The position numbers were made by a program, and so were the translations under genes. This document shows, piece after piece, positions 50,301 through 59,468 of a stretch of DNA of 64,000 bases (the stretch's first letter is position 1; every line of letters starts with the position of its first letter). This DNA comes from Patescibacteria group bacterium (GTDB taxonomy: Bacteria; Patescibacteriota; JABMPQ01; JAQVVF01): NCBI GenBank assembly GCA_041662665.1, contig JBAZSC010000002.1, positions 5,735-69,734 of the forward strand, in the 5' to 3' direction. The notes beneath the pieces were generated by a model. The model saw nothing but the letters and a program-made list of their open reading frames with translations. It had not been told where the DNA came from and did no database searches.

Positions 50301-50416
50301 AACATCATCAAATTATAAAAAGGTTTGGCAGATTTTTTAACATCAACCTGATAAAGCTTTTCTTCATCCCATTTTTTCTGCCACTTTTTTTCTATTTTTT
50401 TAAAATCATATTTCAT
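47396..50416 (-). CDS. leuS: leucyl-tRNA synthetase carrying an internal YdeN/RBBP9-like alpha/beta serine-hydrolase domain insertion
   Basis: 'HVGNM' (HIGH variant), CP1 editing motifs 'TTRPDT' and 'GTGAVVGVPGHDIRD', 'ISRQRFWGPPIP', 'KMSKS', anticodon-binding and C-terminal domains. About 190 aa are inserted between 'PIPIVYC' and 'IPVPEEDLPV'. Confidence 0.9.
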   Translation of the reverse strand: MKYDFKKIEKKWQKKWDEEKLYQVDVKKSAKPFYNLMMFPYPSAEGLHVGNMYAFTGSDIYGRYQRLKGNDVFEPIGLDGFGIHSENFAIKNKIHPAVMAEKTQKRFYEQLHMIGNAYDWSKTLETYDPNYYKWTQWLFLQMYKRGLAYKKKAAVNWCPSCMTVLSDEQVEAGLCERCKTEVVKKDMSQWFFKITDYAEKLLKNIDKIDWTEKTKLAQKNWIGKSEGIEIEYKIVDSDKKIICFTTRPDTNFGATFVVLAPESKVLNEMVTDEHKKEVEDYVKKSLAKSEQDRIEEGREKTGVFTGAYCINNLTGKKMPIWVSDFVLGNVGTGAVVGVPGHDIRDFEFAKKFKLPIIRVVIGKDNDTSEIIEAKQVQEKEGKMINSDFLNGLDIHDATKKIMDYLEKKSWGQRVVNYKLRDWCISRQRFWGPPIPIVYCESCAKRKPKIILVHGIYGHSKENWFPWFKQEMENRGYEVLIPDLPNNEHPKMNEWISALEKLPIKKDDQIYLIGHSLGAPAACQFALKNKLNIEKLILVAPTGNSQGELNWNNLKNAGCDDEALAIIKEFNELNIGLDELSKLVKEKVIYLSDNDPYIPLEVKKDYEVLNAKVSVFKNKGHFNETAGIKELPEILFEFPDSINSGIIPVPEEDLPVMLPKTDDYLPDGTDRSPLARNLEFVNTKCPKCGGEAKRETDVSDTFLDSSWYFLRYPSVDIKDQPFDKEITKKWLPVDMYIGGHEHAVLHLLYTRFVTMVLHDLGMIDFEEPFKKFRAHGLIIKDGAKMSKSKGNVVNPDLYIEKYGADVLRTYLMFIGPLKQGGDFRDEGVVGIERFFGRLFFLVSQVLSSLGTQDDVFVIQRNKLIKKATHDVEELDYNTIIASSMEFLNLLDKQKDKISKIDIETLLIILSPFAPHFCEEMWETLGNKESVFKASWPLFDESKMKEEKVKMIIQINGKVRDFMEVDTNISEEKASELVQKREKIMKYIVGKKIKKMIFVKGRLINIVV
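48509..49081 (-). other. inserted serine-hydrolase (YdeN/PF06821-like) domain within leuS
   Basis: 'KIILVHGIYGHSKENWFPWFK', nucleophile elbow 'LIGHSLGA', 'LSDNDPYIP', 'NKGHFNETAG'. It is in frame and has no intein-like C...HN boundaries. Confidence 0.7.
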
Positions 50417-50462
50417 AGTATTCGAAAAATAATTCGATAAATTCGAAAATTAATTAGAGTGT

Positions 50463-50705
50463 TTAATTCGGTAATTCTTTCTCTTTCTTCTTTTTAATTA
50501 CTGGCCTTTCCTTTGGCATGCCTGGATTAAAAGGATTTTCATTCTTTTTTTCCTTGTTTGGAATTATTTCCAATTCCGACTCAGGACCATATTCTGGACG
50601 CTGAGGTCTTTCCTCGCGTTCTTCCTGTTCTCGTTTTTCATCTTGTTTTGGAACTCCCATTTCATTCTCATCTTCGCCAAAAATATTTACTTTTTCTACT
50701 GACAT
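50463..50705 (-). CDS. small K/E/P-rich disordered protein (doubtful)
   Basis: 80-aa low-complexity ORF with no SD. Confidence 0.25.
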   Translation of the reverse strand: MSVEKVNIFGEDENEMGVPKQDEKREQEEREERPQRPEYGPESELEIIPNKEKKNENPFNPGMPKERPVIKKKKEKELPN

Positions 50706-50712
50706 AAATTTA

Positions 50713-50835
50713 TAATGAATTATGAATTAAGAATAATGAATCAAGATTAGAATAAAGAATAATGAATCGAGAATTCATAATTCACAACTCATCCTTCAAA
50801 TCATAATTCTTAATTCATGATTCATAATTCAAATA
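50713..50835. repeat. GAAT/ATTC-word palindromic intergenic element (copy B)
   Basis: It shares 'gaattatgaat', 'taagaat', 'caagatt', 'cataattcatgattc' and 'ttcttaattc' with copy A. Confidence 0.5.
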
Positions 50836-51580
50836 ACTTAACTGCATTTTCAGTCGTTTTCTTCTCCACCTCATCAAAATTAATTCCTTTAATCTCTGCA
50901 ATCTTTTTAATTACATATTTCACATACATTGGCTCATTTCTTTCTCCTCGAAAAATTTGTGGAGTTAAATATGGACAATCAGTCTCAACCATTATTTTAT
51001 CTAATGACATTTTTTTGACAACTTCCAATACTTCTTCTTTCTTTTTATATGTAATTGCACCAGTAAATGAAATATAAAATCCTAAATCCAAAAATTTTTG
51101 CGCCATTTGCCAGTTGCTCAGATAACAATGCATTACTCCTTTAGCTTGTTTATCTTTCAAAATTTCATATGCATCTTCATAAGCATCTCGGCAATGGATA
51201 ATCAATGGTAAATTTAATTCTTTAGCAATCTCAATTTCAGCAATAAATAATTTCTTCTGTTGTTCAATATTTTTTGGATCCTTAGTGTAAAAATAATCTA
51301 ATCCGCATTCACCAATCGCCACTACTTTTTTAGTCTTTGCTAATTTAATAAAATTTTCCCTAAAATTATTATCAAAATCTTTCAAATCTTCTGGATGTAC
51401 GCCAACAGTTGCAAAAATATCCTCATTATTTTCTGCAATCAGAATTGCTTGCTTACTTCGATCTAAATTTGCTCCAACATTAATAATTTTTTCTAGTCCA
51501 TTCGCAAACGACCTTTTAATTACTTCATCTCGATCATTATCATAATCTTTAAAATCAAGATGCGCATGTGTATCAATCAT
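50822..51580 (-). CDS. tatD: TatD-family metal-dependent hydrolase/DNase
   Basis: 'MIDTHAHLDF'; conserved His/Glu/Asp ligands. Confidence 0.85.
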   Translation of the reverse strand: MIDTHAHLDFKDYDNDRDEVIKRSFANGLEKIINVGANLDRSKQAILIAENNEDIFATVGVHPEDLKDFDNNFRENFIKLAKTKKVVAIGECGLDYFYTKDPKNIEQQKKLFIAEIEIAKELNLPLIIHCRDAYEDAYEILKDKQAKGVMHCYLSNWQMAQKFLDLGFYISFTGAITYKKKEEVLEVVKKMSLDKIMVETDCPYLTPQIFRGERNEPMYVKYVIKKIAEIKGINFDEVEKKTTENAVKLFEL

Positions 51581-51625
51581 ATTTTTAACTTTTTACTTTA
51601 TTTTTGACTTTAGATTTTAAATTCG

Positions 51626-51949
51626 TTAATTCTTCAGACCAGTACATCGCCAATTAATCTCAGCAGTCTTTTTTTTGACATCAATCACACAAGCCGGACT
51701 ACAACCTTCTTTTTTAGTTTTTAAATCAATCCACCAAGTTCCAGTATTTTCATTGCAAGAAATTTTTGTTGTTAATCCTTCTTGGTTGCAACTACTTGCT
51801 TGAGCAATTTTTAAAGCATCACTTTGTTTCATTCCAGCAGAATCTTTCTTTGTTCCACAACTAAAATCTTCAATATTATTCGATGCACATCCACTCAAAA
51901 TCAAAGAAGCAAATAATAAACATCCAGCAAAAACAATTTTTTTTCTCAT
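51626..51949 (-). CDS. lipoprotein, hypothetical
   Basis: Signal peptide plus lipobox 'LSGC'. Confidence 0.6.
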   Translation of the reverse strand: MRKKIVFAGCLLFASLILSGCASNNIEDFSCGTKKDSAGMKQSDALKIAQASSCNQEGLTTKISCNENTGTWWIDLKTKKEGCSPACVIDVKKKTAEINWRCTGLKN

Positions 51950-51994
51950 AATTTTATATGTTATTTGAGTTAAAAAATCCTAAGCCCTAAGAAA

Positions 51995-52339
51995 CTAACA
52001 AGTAATATGGAAAAATCCAACAACATCCCTACCCTCTTTTTCCAATCTATTATATTCTGCAACTGCTTTCGTAGTATCAGAAATTATAACTTCTAATCCT
52101 TTTTCTTTAAAAAATTCCTTTGTTGCATCAGGTACTTGCATTTCTCCTCCATCGCCTGTACCAATTACCACAAATTTATCTTCTTCATCAATATAATCTT
52201 TTACATCAATCACTCTTAATTCATGCCCTTCTTCTCGAAACCATTCCTTTGCCAAAATTTCGCCTGGCTTAATCACAATATCTGATTTATATTCTTTGCC
52301 ATCAATTAACATTAAACCAAATTCATATCTTTCTATCAT
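51995..52339 (-). CDS. Mth938-like (DUF498-like) domain protein
   Basis: 'VVIGTGDGGEMQVP' and the overall pattern. Tentative. Confidence 0.4.
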   Translation of the reverse strand: MIERYEFGLMLIDGKEYKSDIVIKPGEILAKEWFREEGHELRVIDVKDYIDEEDKFVVIGTGDGGEMQVPDATKEFFKEKGLEVIISDTTKAVAEYNRLEKEGRDVVGFFHITC

Positions 52340-52438
52340 ATAATTTTTTCCTTAATTTAATTCTAATATTATTTAAAAAAATTTTGAGGTTTAAAATGTC
52401 AAACGTTCAAGCGACCAAGTGTCAAGGATTCAAATATA

Positions 52439-53518
52439 TTAGCGGGACAAAGAAACGCCCAAATCAGAATCAGCATTAACAGGCCCCCACCTAACCACAA
52501 ACGCACCCTGAGCACCAGAGCCACCAAAACCAACACCAACTAACCCCCCACCAGACGAGCACTTTGCATACTTTGCAGTTCTAGCAGAAGCATTCGTCAA
52601 AACGCTTTTTTTAGCTGTATGAATAAAAATAACTTCTAAGGGATTAATTCTGTATTTCTGATTGATTCTAAGCTCAGATAATCGTTCAGCTGCTTTTTTC
52701 CAATTTCTTGCCATAAGCTGAGTTAATTCTGTCAATTTTGCATCACTGCATTCACTTAACTCATCAGCTGTTGCCAAGTTGTTTTGTCTTAAGTATTCTC
52801 TCAAAAATCTCGTTTCCTCAACATAGTTCTTGTTATTAGATCCTTCAATATTACCCTTGCTTAATAATTTCCAAGATAACTGATTTGAATCAGCTGTAAA
52901 AAAATCTTCTTTGTTACTGTCATTATAAAACCAACATTTATCAGTACCAATTTCACCAAAAAACAATTTTCCCAAACCTCGTCTCTCCATTTCTGGCTGA
53001 AACCTTTCCCATAAACTTTTCATTGTTACAAGCGTACCATCTTTGAATTTATCTGGAAAAAGAAAAAGCTGGAATCTTTCACGCAATTCTTCTTTCGATG
53101 TTCTTCTGATTAAATCTCTGATTTGCGGATCATTTAATTTTTCACGTAACATTTGATTAATTTTTTGTCTTTCTTCTGGTGTATATTCAAATAGATTTTC
53201 AACATTTCCATTCTCATCTTGAACTGTAAAATATGCTTCTATTTCATCTGGTCCCATATAATTTTCTTCACCAAATAGTCTTTTTGCTTCAATTCTTGGA
53301 TCCGATTCAACCATTTTTTCTAATGCTTCTTTCAATTTTGAAACTTGCTCAAGCAACACTGGCTCGTCTCCTTCAAGCGCTTTTGCAATTTTATCAGCTT
53401 CAGCAACAAACTGATTTAATTGTTCTGTTTTTGCAATTTCAAAACCTGGAGTCTGTTTTTCTTTTCCAGGCCCATTAATATCGGCTAGTTGCGGTGATTG
53501 TTCTGGTGATAATGACAT
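52439..53518 (-). CDS. hypothetical protein with a GC-rich Gly-rich C-terminal tail
   Basis: 359-aa ORF. Its last ~40 codons (52439-52560) are markedly GC-rich. Confidence 0.5.
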   Translation of the reverse strand: MSLSPEQSPQLADINGPGKEKQTPGFEIAKTEQLNQFVAEADKIAKALEGDEPVLLEQVSKLKEALEKMVESDPRIEAKRLFGEENYMGPDEIEAYFTVQDENGNVENLFEYTPEERQKINQMLREKLNDPQIRDLIRRTSKEELRERFQLFLFPDKFKDGTLVTMKSLWERFQPEMERRGLGKLFFGEIGTDKCWFYNDSNKEDFFTADSNQLSWKLLSKGNIEGSNNKNYVEETRFLREYLRQNNLATADELSECSDAKLTELTQLMARNWKKAAERLSELRINQKYRINPLEVIFIHTAKKSVLTNASARTAKYAKCSSGGGLVGVGFGGSGAQGAFVVRWGPVNADSDLGVSLSR

Positions 53519-53575
53519 TATTATAATTAATTGTATTTTATAATCCTAAGTTCCTAAGAACCTAAGTACCTAAAA

Positions 53576-55090
53576 TTAAATACGTGGAAATAAAGCTTGG
53601 CCTTTTTTAACTTGTAAATCTAAATCAAATCGTTTCCACTTTTTCAATTTAGCATACTCTAATTTACTCTCCTCTTCCCACATCGAAAATTGTGTCAAAA
53701 TCTTTTCTACTGTTTCGGGCAAAAATGGATAAATCATCCAAGCAACATGTCTAATTATTTCAATTAAATTTAACAAAACCATTGTTGCCTTTTCATCATC
53801 CGATCCTATTAATTCCCATGGTTTTTCAACAGATATATATTCATTAGCAAATTTTACTAAACTAAACGTTGATTTCAAACTTTGATCAACTTTATTCTCT
53901 TCCATGAATTTTTCATAATTTTTCCAAGCATTAGCAACCAATCTTACAGCTTCTTTATTTGCCAAAACATTATTTTTATTTTTTTTCAAATCTAATTTCA
54001 AATACATTGCTGTAACTCTGCTCACCAAATTTCCTAAACCATTTGCCAAATTAGCATTAAATTGTTCATCAAATTTTTCTGCTTTAACATCACCATCTTG
54101 ACCAAAAGGAAATTGAGAAATAATCAAAAATCTCGTTGCATCAGAACCATATTTTTTTACCAAATCATTTGGATCAATTGTATTACCAATCGTCTTGCTC
54201 ATTTTTTGACCGTTCACAGTAAAATAACCATTAGCAAAAATTTGTTTTGGTACAGAAAGATTTAAAGCTAATAACATAGCTGGCCAATAGATCGCATGAA
54301 ATTTAATTATATCTTTACCCATCAGCTGCAAATTTGCTGGCCAATATTTTCTAAATTTTGAATCATCAACATTTCCATATCCTAAAGCAGTAATATAATT
54401 TGATAATGCATCAACCCAAACATAAATCACTTGGCTTTCATCCCATGGCACTTTTATACCCCAAGTTACTTTTTCACGAGATACAGAAAAATTTTCTAAC
54501 TCCTGCTTAAATAATCCCAATACTTCAGTCTTAATATTTTCTGGCTCAATCTTAATTTTATCTGTCTCAATTAATTCTTGAACCTTTTTAGCATACTTGT
54601 CTAATTTGAAAAAATAATTTTTTTCCGAAATTTTGTCTGGACAAATTTTGTGATCAGGACATTTACCATCAACTAATTCTTTTTCAGTCAAAAACTTTTC
54701 ACAACCAGTACAATATAATCCCTCATATGATCCTTCATAAATTGCATCTGCTTCTTTCAATTTTTCAATAAATTTCTTTGCTCCAATTTCATGACGTTCA
54801 TCTGTTGTCCTAATAAAATCGTTATTGGAAATATTTAATGCATCCCAAAGTGAAGTATACAAAGCAGAAATTTCATCACAAAATTGTTTTGGAGTTTTGC
54901 CAACTTTTTCAGCAGACTTTGCTACTTTTGCGCCGTGCTCATCAGTGCCAGTCAAAAAAAATACTTCGTCACCAATAAAGCGATGATATCTAGCTAAAAT
55001 ATCAGCTGCAATCGTTGTATAAGCATGACCAAGATGAGGCTTGTCATTCACGTAATAAATTGGAGTTGTTATATAAAATTTCTTTGTCAT
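53576..55090 (-). CDS. metG: methionyl-tRNA synthetase
   Basis: 'HLGHAYTT' (HIGH), 'KMSKT', Zn knuckle 'CPDHK.CPD'. Confidence 0.9.
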   Translation of the reverse strand: MTKKFYITTPIYYVNDKPHLGHAYTTIAADILARYHRFIGDEVFFLTGTDEHGAKVAKSAEKVGKTPKQFCDEISALYTSLWDALNISNNDFIRTTDERHEIGAKKFIEKLKEADAIYEGSYEGLYCTGCEKFLTEKELVDGKCPDHKICPDKISEKNYFFKLDKYAKKVQELIETDKIKIEPENIKTEVLGLFKQELENFSVSREKVTWGIKVPWDESQVIYVWVDALSNYITALGYGNVDDSKFRKYWPANLQLMGKDIIKFHAIYWPAMLLALNLSVPKQIFANGYFTVNGQKMSKTIGNTIDPNDLVKKYGSDATRFLIISQFPFGQDGDVKAEKFDEQFNANLANGLGNLVSRVTAMYLKLDLKKNKNNVLANKEAVRLVANAWKNYEKFMEENKVDQSLKSTFSLVKFANEYISVEKPWELIGSDDEKATMVLLNLIEIIRHVAWMIYPFLPETVEKILTQFSMWEEESKLEYAKLKKWKRFDLDLQVKKGQALFPRI

Positions 55091-55095
55091 AAATA

Positions 55096-55749
55096 TTAAT
55101 TTTTTATTACCACTACAAACTCTCCTTTTTCTTTAACTTTATCCATAATTTCTGAAACTTTTCCTCGATACACTTCTTCAAACATTTTTGTCAATTCACG
55201 AGCCACAAATACTTCTTTATCGCCAAGTTTCTCTAAAATATCATTTAATGTTTTTTTGATTCTAAATGGCGACTCATAAAATATTATCAATCTTTTTTCT
55301 GTCTGTAAAGATTTAAACATTGTTTCTCTGCCTTTTTTCTTTGGCAAAAAACCCAAAAAAACAAATTCATTAGTATTAAAACCAGAAATAGAAATAGCCG
55401 AAATACAAGCTGAAACTCCAGGAATAGATATTACTTTAATATTATTTTTATACGCTTCATTAACCAAAACATCTCCAGGATCAGAAATAGTTGGCGTTCC
55501 TGCGTCAGAAACTAAAGCAATATTTTTGCCGTTTTTTAATTCATTAATCAACAAATCAATTTTCTGCAATTTGCTATATTGATGATAAGAAATTAATGTT
55601 TTACTAATTTCATACCTCGCCAATAATTTTGAAGTCACTCTAGTATCTTCACAAGCAATCAAATCAACGCTCTTCAGAATCTCTAAAGCGCGCAAAGTAA
55701 TATCTTTCAAATTTCCAATTGGCGTTCCAACCACATACAATATTCCCAT
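55096..55749 (-). CDS. rsmI: 16S rRNA (cytidine1402-2'-O)-methyltransferase
   Basis: 'LYVVGTPIGNLKDITLRALEIL' tetrapyrrole-methylase fold. Confidence 0.85.
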   Translation of the reverse strand: MGILYVVGTPIGNLKDITLRALEILKSVDLIACEDTRVTSKLLARYEISKTLISYHQYSKLQKIDLLINELKNGKNIALVSDAGTPTISDPGDVLVNEAYKNNIKVISIPGVSACISAISISGFNTNEFVFLGFLPKKKGRETMFKSLQTEKRLIIFYESPFRIKKTLNDILEKLGDKEVFVARELTKMFEEVYRGKVSEIMDKVKEKGEFVVVIKN

Positions 55750-55878
55750 AATTTAACTCGTCATCCTGAACCGTAGCGAAGGATCCCGTTAATCAACAAA
55801 AAATCACGGGATTCTTCGGCATTAAATTTGTTGATATCAACAAATTTAATCCTCAGAATGACAATATTAATTTTATTT

Positions 55879-55932
55879 CAGCGTCAAATCAATGTTAGCA
55901 ATCAGCGCCGCATCAGCGTTCGAAATCAGCGT
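55879..55932. repeat. ATCAGCG heptad array, locus 2 (inverted relative to locus 1)
   Basis: Four copies. 55911-55932 is the exact reverse complement of the 21-mer at 41351-41371. Confidence 0.6.
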
Positions 55933-55943
55933 CAAATCCGCTT

Positions 55944-57098
55944 CTACGAAACATCTTTCTTCTCTGGCGGAATCTCTGTTGTCCTTTTCGTAATATCTTC
56001 TTTTTCAACTTTTACACCTGCTAATTTTGGTTCACAAAGTTCTGTTTTTAACTTGTCCTCATCTTTTTTATCTCTCTCGTCAAACATATCTCGTAAAAAA
56101 ACAGACAATAAAGTTGCAGCTGGAACAGCCACTATTGCACCCAAAATTCCAGCTAATTTCACAGCAACTAATATAACTAAAATAATCACTAACGGATTTA
56201 ATCCAACAACCTTTTGCATTATTTTCGGAACTAAAAGATGATTTTCCAATTGCTGAACTAAAAAATATAAGATTATAACAAACAAAGCCAACAAAGGAGA
56301 TTGTGCTGATGCAATCAAAACTGCTGGAATAGCAGAAATTACTGGACCGATATAAGGTATAACCTCTAAAAGACCCGCAACTAATGCTAATACCAAAGCA
56401 TATTTAACACCCATCAGAGATAAACCTATATATATTACAACTCCGATAATTAATCCTAATAACAACTGACCTCTCAACCATTTACCAACCTGAAGCTGCA
56501 TTCTACCAACCAAATCTTCAACATAAGGACGATGGCGGAATGGCACGATTGATCTAATAAATTTTTTAAAGCTTCCTTCTTCAACAATAAAATAAAATGA
56601 CAAAACAAAAATCATGACAACCGATAAAATTCCACCAAATAAACCAGAAATCCAACCGTAAACACTTGATGCTGCACCTCCTACTTTATCCTCTAATGAA
56701 GTCAGGATTTCTTTTGCCTTATCTAGACTCTGCTCTTGAGAATACCCCGTAAATTGCGAAATTTTTTCAAAAACAGTTTGGAAATAATTTGGCAAAACCT
56801 CAATTAGTTGCCTTGTCTGCTCAATCAATGGCGGAACTAAAAGATAAAAAATCAAAGCAATCAAGCCAAGTAAAATCAAGAAAAGAAAAAGAGAACTGAT
56901 ACCACGAGGAATTCTTTTTTTCTGAAGCCAATCAATTACTGGATCTAATCCAGAAGCAATCACAATAGCAACAAAAATCAATAGCAGAATATCCTTGACT
57001 GCAAATAAAAACATCAACAATAAAACTATCAACACTGCCCTCAAAAAAGTAGCGTAAGAAACATCAAAAACTACTTTACGATCTAAAAATTTTTGCAT
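55944..57098 (-). CDS. AI-2E family transporter (PerM/YhhT-like)
   Basis: Polytopic protein with conserved AI-2E core and a charged C-terminal extension. Confidence 0.7.
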   Translation of the reverse strand: MQKFLDRKVVFDVSYATFLRAVLIVLLLMFLFAVKDILLLIFVAIVIASGLDPVIDWLQKKRIPRGISSLFLFLILLGLIALIFYLLVPPLIEQTRQLIEVLPNYFQTVFEKISQFTGYSQEQSLDKAKEILTSLEDKVGGAASSVYGWISGLFGGILSVVMIFVLSFYFIVEEGSFKKFIRSIVPFRHRPYVEDLVGRMQLQVGKWLRGQLLLGLIIGVVIYIGLSLMGVKYALVLALVAGLLEVIPYIGPVISAIPAVLIASAQSPLLALFVIILYFLVQQLENHLLVPKIMQKVVGLNPLVIILVILVAVKLAGILGAIVAVPAATLLSVFLRDMFDERDKKDEDKLKTELCEPKLAGVKVEKEDITKRTTEIPPEKKDVS

Positions 57099-57115
57099 AT
57101 AAATTTATATTAAAA

Positions 57116-58381
57116 TTACAAACTCAACAATTTTAAATATTCATCCTTATTCTCTATCGGTCCAATGATTGATAAATTCAATTTTTCGTTAACAAAAATT
57201 TCTTGAGCAATTTTTTGAACATCTTCTACTGTTACTGCATCGATTTTTTTAAATTTTTCTTCTATGGTCTCTATTTTATTTTTCAAAACTTCCTGCATTG
57301 AAAAAAACATTGCTTTTTCATCAGAAGATTCCAAGCCAATCAAAGTCCTGCCCTTAATAAATTCTTTTGCCTTTTTTAATTCTTTTTCAGAAACTTTTAC
57401 GTCTTTTATTTTTTTAAATTCATCAATACAAACCTTTATTGCATCATCAGCATTTTCATTTTTAACACCAGCTTGGACAACCATATATCCAGAATCAGTA
57501 TATTCCTCTGAATTTGCCCGAACATAATAAGCTAATCCTCTTTTTTCTCTAATTTCCGAAAATAATCTAGAGCTCATTCCGCCACCTAAAATTACTGACA
57601 ACAATAACAATGGATAACGTTTTTCCGAAAACATATCAAAGCTTCTTACTCCTAAACATAAATGCGTTTGATCAGTTTTTTTATTAAAAACTAAAATCTC
57701 TGACTTTTCTTGCTTTTCAATAACTTTTTCTTTATCAACTTTTTTTCCATCGATAAACTCACCTAAATATTTTTCTGCCAAATCCATACTTTCTTTTTCA
57801 TCAATATTTCCAGCCATACAGACAACTGCATTTTTTATCAAATAGTGACTTTTAAAATAATTTACAAAATCATCACGCTTGACTCCCAAAATTGATTCTT
57901 TATGTCCAACAATTAATTCTCCTGCTGGTGTATTTCCATACAACAATTTTTCAAATAATTCAGAAACATAATTGGCTGGCATATCACGATACATATTCAT
58001 TTCTTCAATTATAACACCGCGTTCTTTTTCCAATTCACTAGCATCAAATTTAGAATGTAATAAAATATCAGAAACAAAATCAACGCCTCGCTCAATATGC
58101 TTAGAAGCAACCTTGGCATAATATCCAGTATATTCTTTTGAAGTAAAAGCATTGTATTCTCCTCCAACCTCATCCAAATATTCTGAAATTGCCATCGAAT
58201 CTGGTCTTTTTGTAGTACCTTTAAAAAACATATGCTCCAAAAAATGCGATAATCCAGCTATCTTGTCAGTTTCATATTTTGAACCAACTCCAAAAAGAAC
58301 TAAAAAAGTTGCTGTATCAATATCTTTTACAGGCACATGAATAAATCTCAAACCTGATTTTAAACTTGTTTTTTTATACAT
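57116..58381 (-). CDS. M16-family (pitrilysin-like) zinc peptidase
   Basis: Inverted zinc motif 'HFLEHMFFKGT' (HxxEH). Confidence 0.8.
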   Translation of the reverse strand: MYKKTSLKSGLRFIHVPVKDIDTATFLVLFGVGSKYETDKIAGLSHFLEHMFFKGTTKRPDSMAISEYLDEVGGEYNAFTSKEYTGYYAKVASKHIERGVDFVSDILLHSKFDASELEKERGVIIEEMNMYRDMPANYVSELFEKLLYGNTPAGELIVGHKESILGVKRDDFVNYFKSHYLIKNAVVCMAGNIDEKESMDLAEKYLGEFIDGKKVDKEKVIEKQEKSEILVFNKKTDQTHLCLGVRSFDMFSEKRYPLLLLSVILGGGMSSRLFSEIREKRGLAYYVRANSEEYTDSGYMVVQAGVKNENADDAIKVCIDEFKKIKDVKVSEKELKKAKEFIKGRTLIGLESSDEKAMFFSMQEVLKNKIETIEEKFKKIDAVTVEDVQKIAQEIFVNEKLNLSIIGPIENKDEYLKLLSL

Positions 58382-58395
58382 AATTATTATTTATT

Positions 58396-59370
58396 TTATG
58401 TCTCTTTTTTTGCTAAATTTTCATTTAAATATAATTGATAATCAAGCCTTGCCTGAATTTTTAATGTTTCTTCAAAATTGGCTAAAAGATCTGGATAGGC
58501 TGCATATCTATCCAATTTTCTCGCATTATCTTCCCTCAAATTCATCAAAAACCAATCTTCGCCTTTTTCTTTTTCCTTCATTTCTTCACTATCTGTTCTT
58601 ATCCATCTATTTCTTCCATTTCTTTTTGCCATATAAGCAGCAAAATCAGCATCTTTTCTTTCATCAACAAATGGCATTTTACTATCTTCTTTATGAATTA
58701 TTTTTACTCCAATACTTGCAGTTAAATTACCTAAATCATGCCCTAAATCAATTGAACGAACAGAATCCATGAAACGATTCATTACTTTATCAATATCTCC
58801 TTCCTTTACTCTTGTTAATGCAAAACAAAATTCATCGCCTCCACCCATTCTACCGCCAAAATCAGTTTTCCTTCTCTTTGACATCGAAACCTCTCCAAAT
58901 TCTCCGACTTTAAGATCAGCAGCATCATGACCTAAAATATCATTTGTTTTTTTAAATTTATCCAAATCAACTGCTAATAACACCAAAACTTCACCAGGCT
59001 TATAATTATCCATATGCTCAATTTCAACATCAAACAATCTAGCAAAAGTTTCTTTTCTCCAAAGACCAGTTAATTCATCCTTTTCGCCATTAATTCTTTC
59101 TTGAGCCATTTCTCGAGCTTGTTCCTTCAAGGATTCTAGCTGTTCTCTAAACACATCCTCTGGCACACCCTTTTTTGCAATAGCCGGACCAAATCGTCTT
59201 TCCATTAAATCTACATAAATTCTTCTCGCTTCTCTGGCCTCTACTCCTTTTCCTCCATCTTCCAATTCTTCAGTAGTTGGAACTTCTTCGATCCCAGGTC
59301 TTGTAAAAGTTCTTCCTTCTTCTCCTCTTTCTTCTTCTGGATTAAATGTAGGCACATCACCTGTTGGCAT
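58396..59370 (-). CDS. GGDEF-domain diguanylate cyclase with a disordered N-terminus
   Basis: 'RMGGGDEFCFAL'. Confidence 0.8.
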   Translation of the reverse strand: MPTGDVPTFNPEEERGEEGRTFTRPGIEEVPTTEELEDGGKGVEAREARRIYVDLMERRFGPAIAKKGVPEDVFREQLESLKEQAREMAQERINGEKDELTGLWRKETFARLFDVEIEHMDNYKPGEVLVLLAVDLDKFKKTNDILGHDAADLKVGEFGEVSMSKRRKTDFGGRMGGGDEFCFALTRVKEGDIDKVMNRFMDSVRSIDLGHDLGNLTASIGVKIIHKEDSKMPFVDERKDADFAAYMAKRNGRNRWIRTDSEEMKEKEKGEDWFLMNLREDNARKLDRYAAYPDLLANFEETLKIQARLDYQLYLNENLAKKET

Positions 59371-59468
59371 ATTTTTTCAATTATATTTTATAATCAAATT
59401 ATACTAAAAATTATTCATAATGTAAAACAAAAACCGCTCAAAATATTCAAGCGGTTTTTAAAATATTT

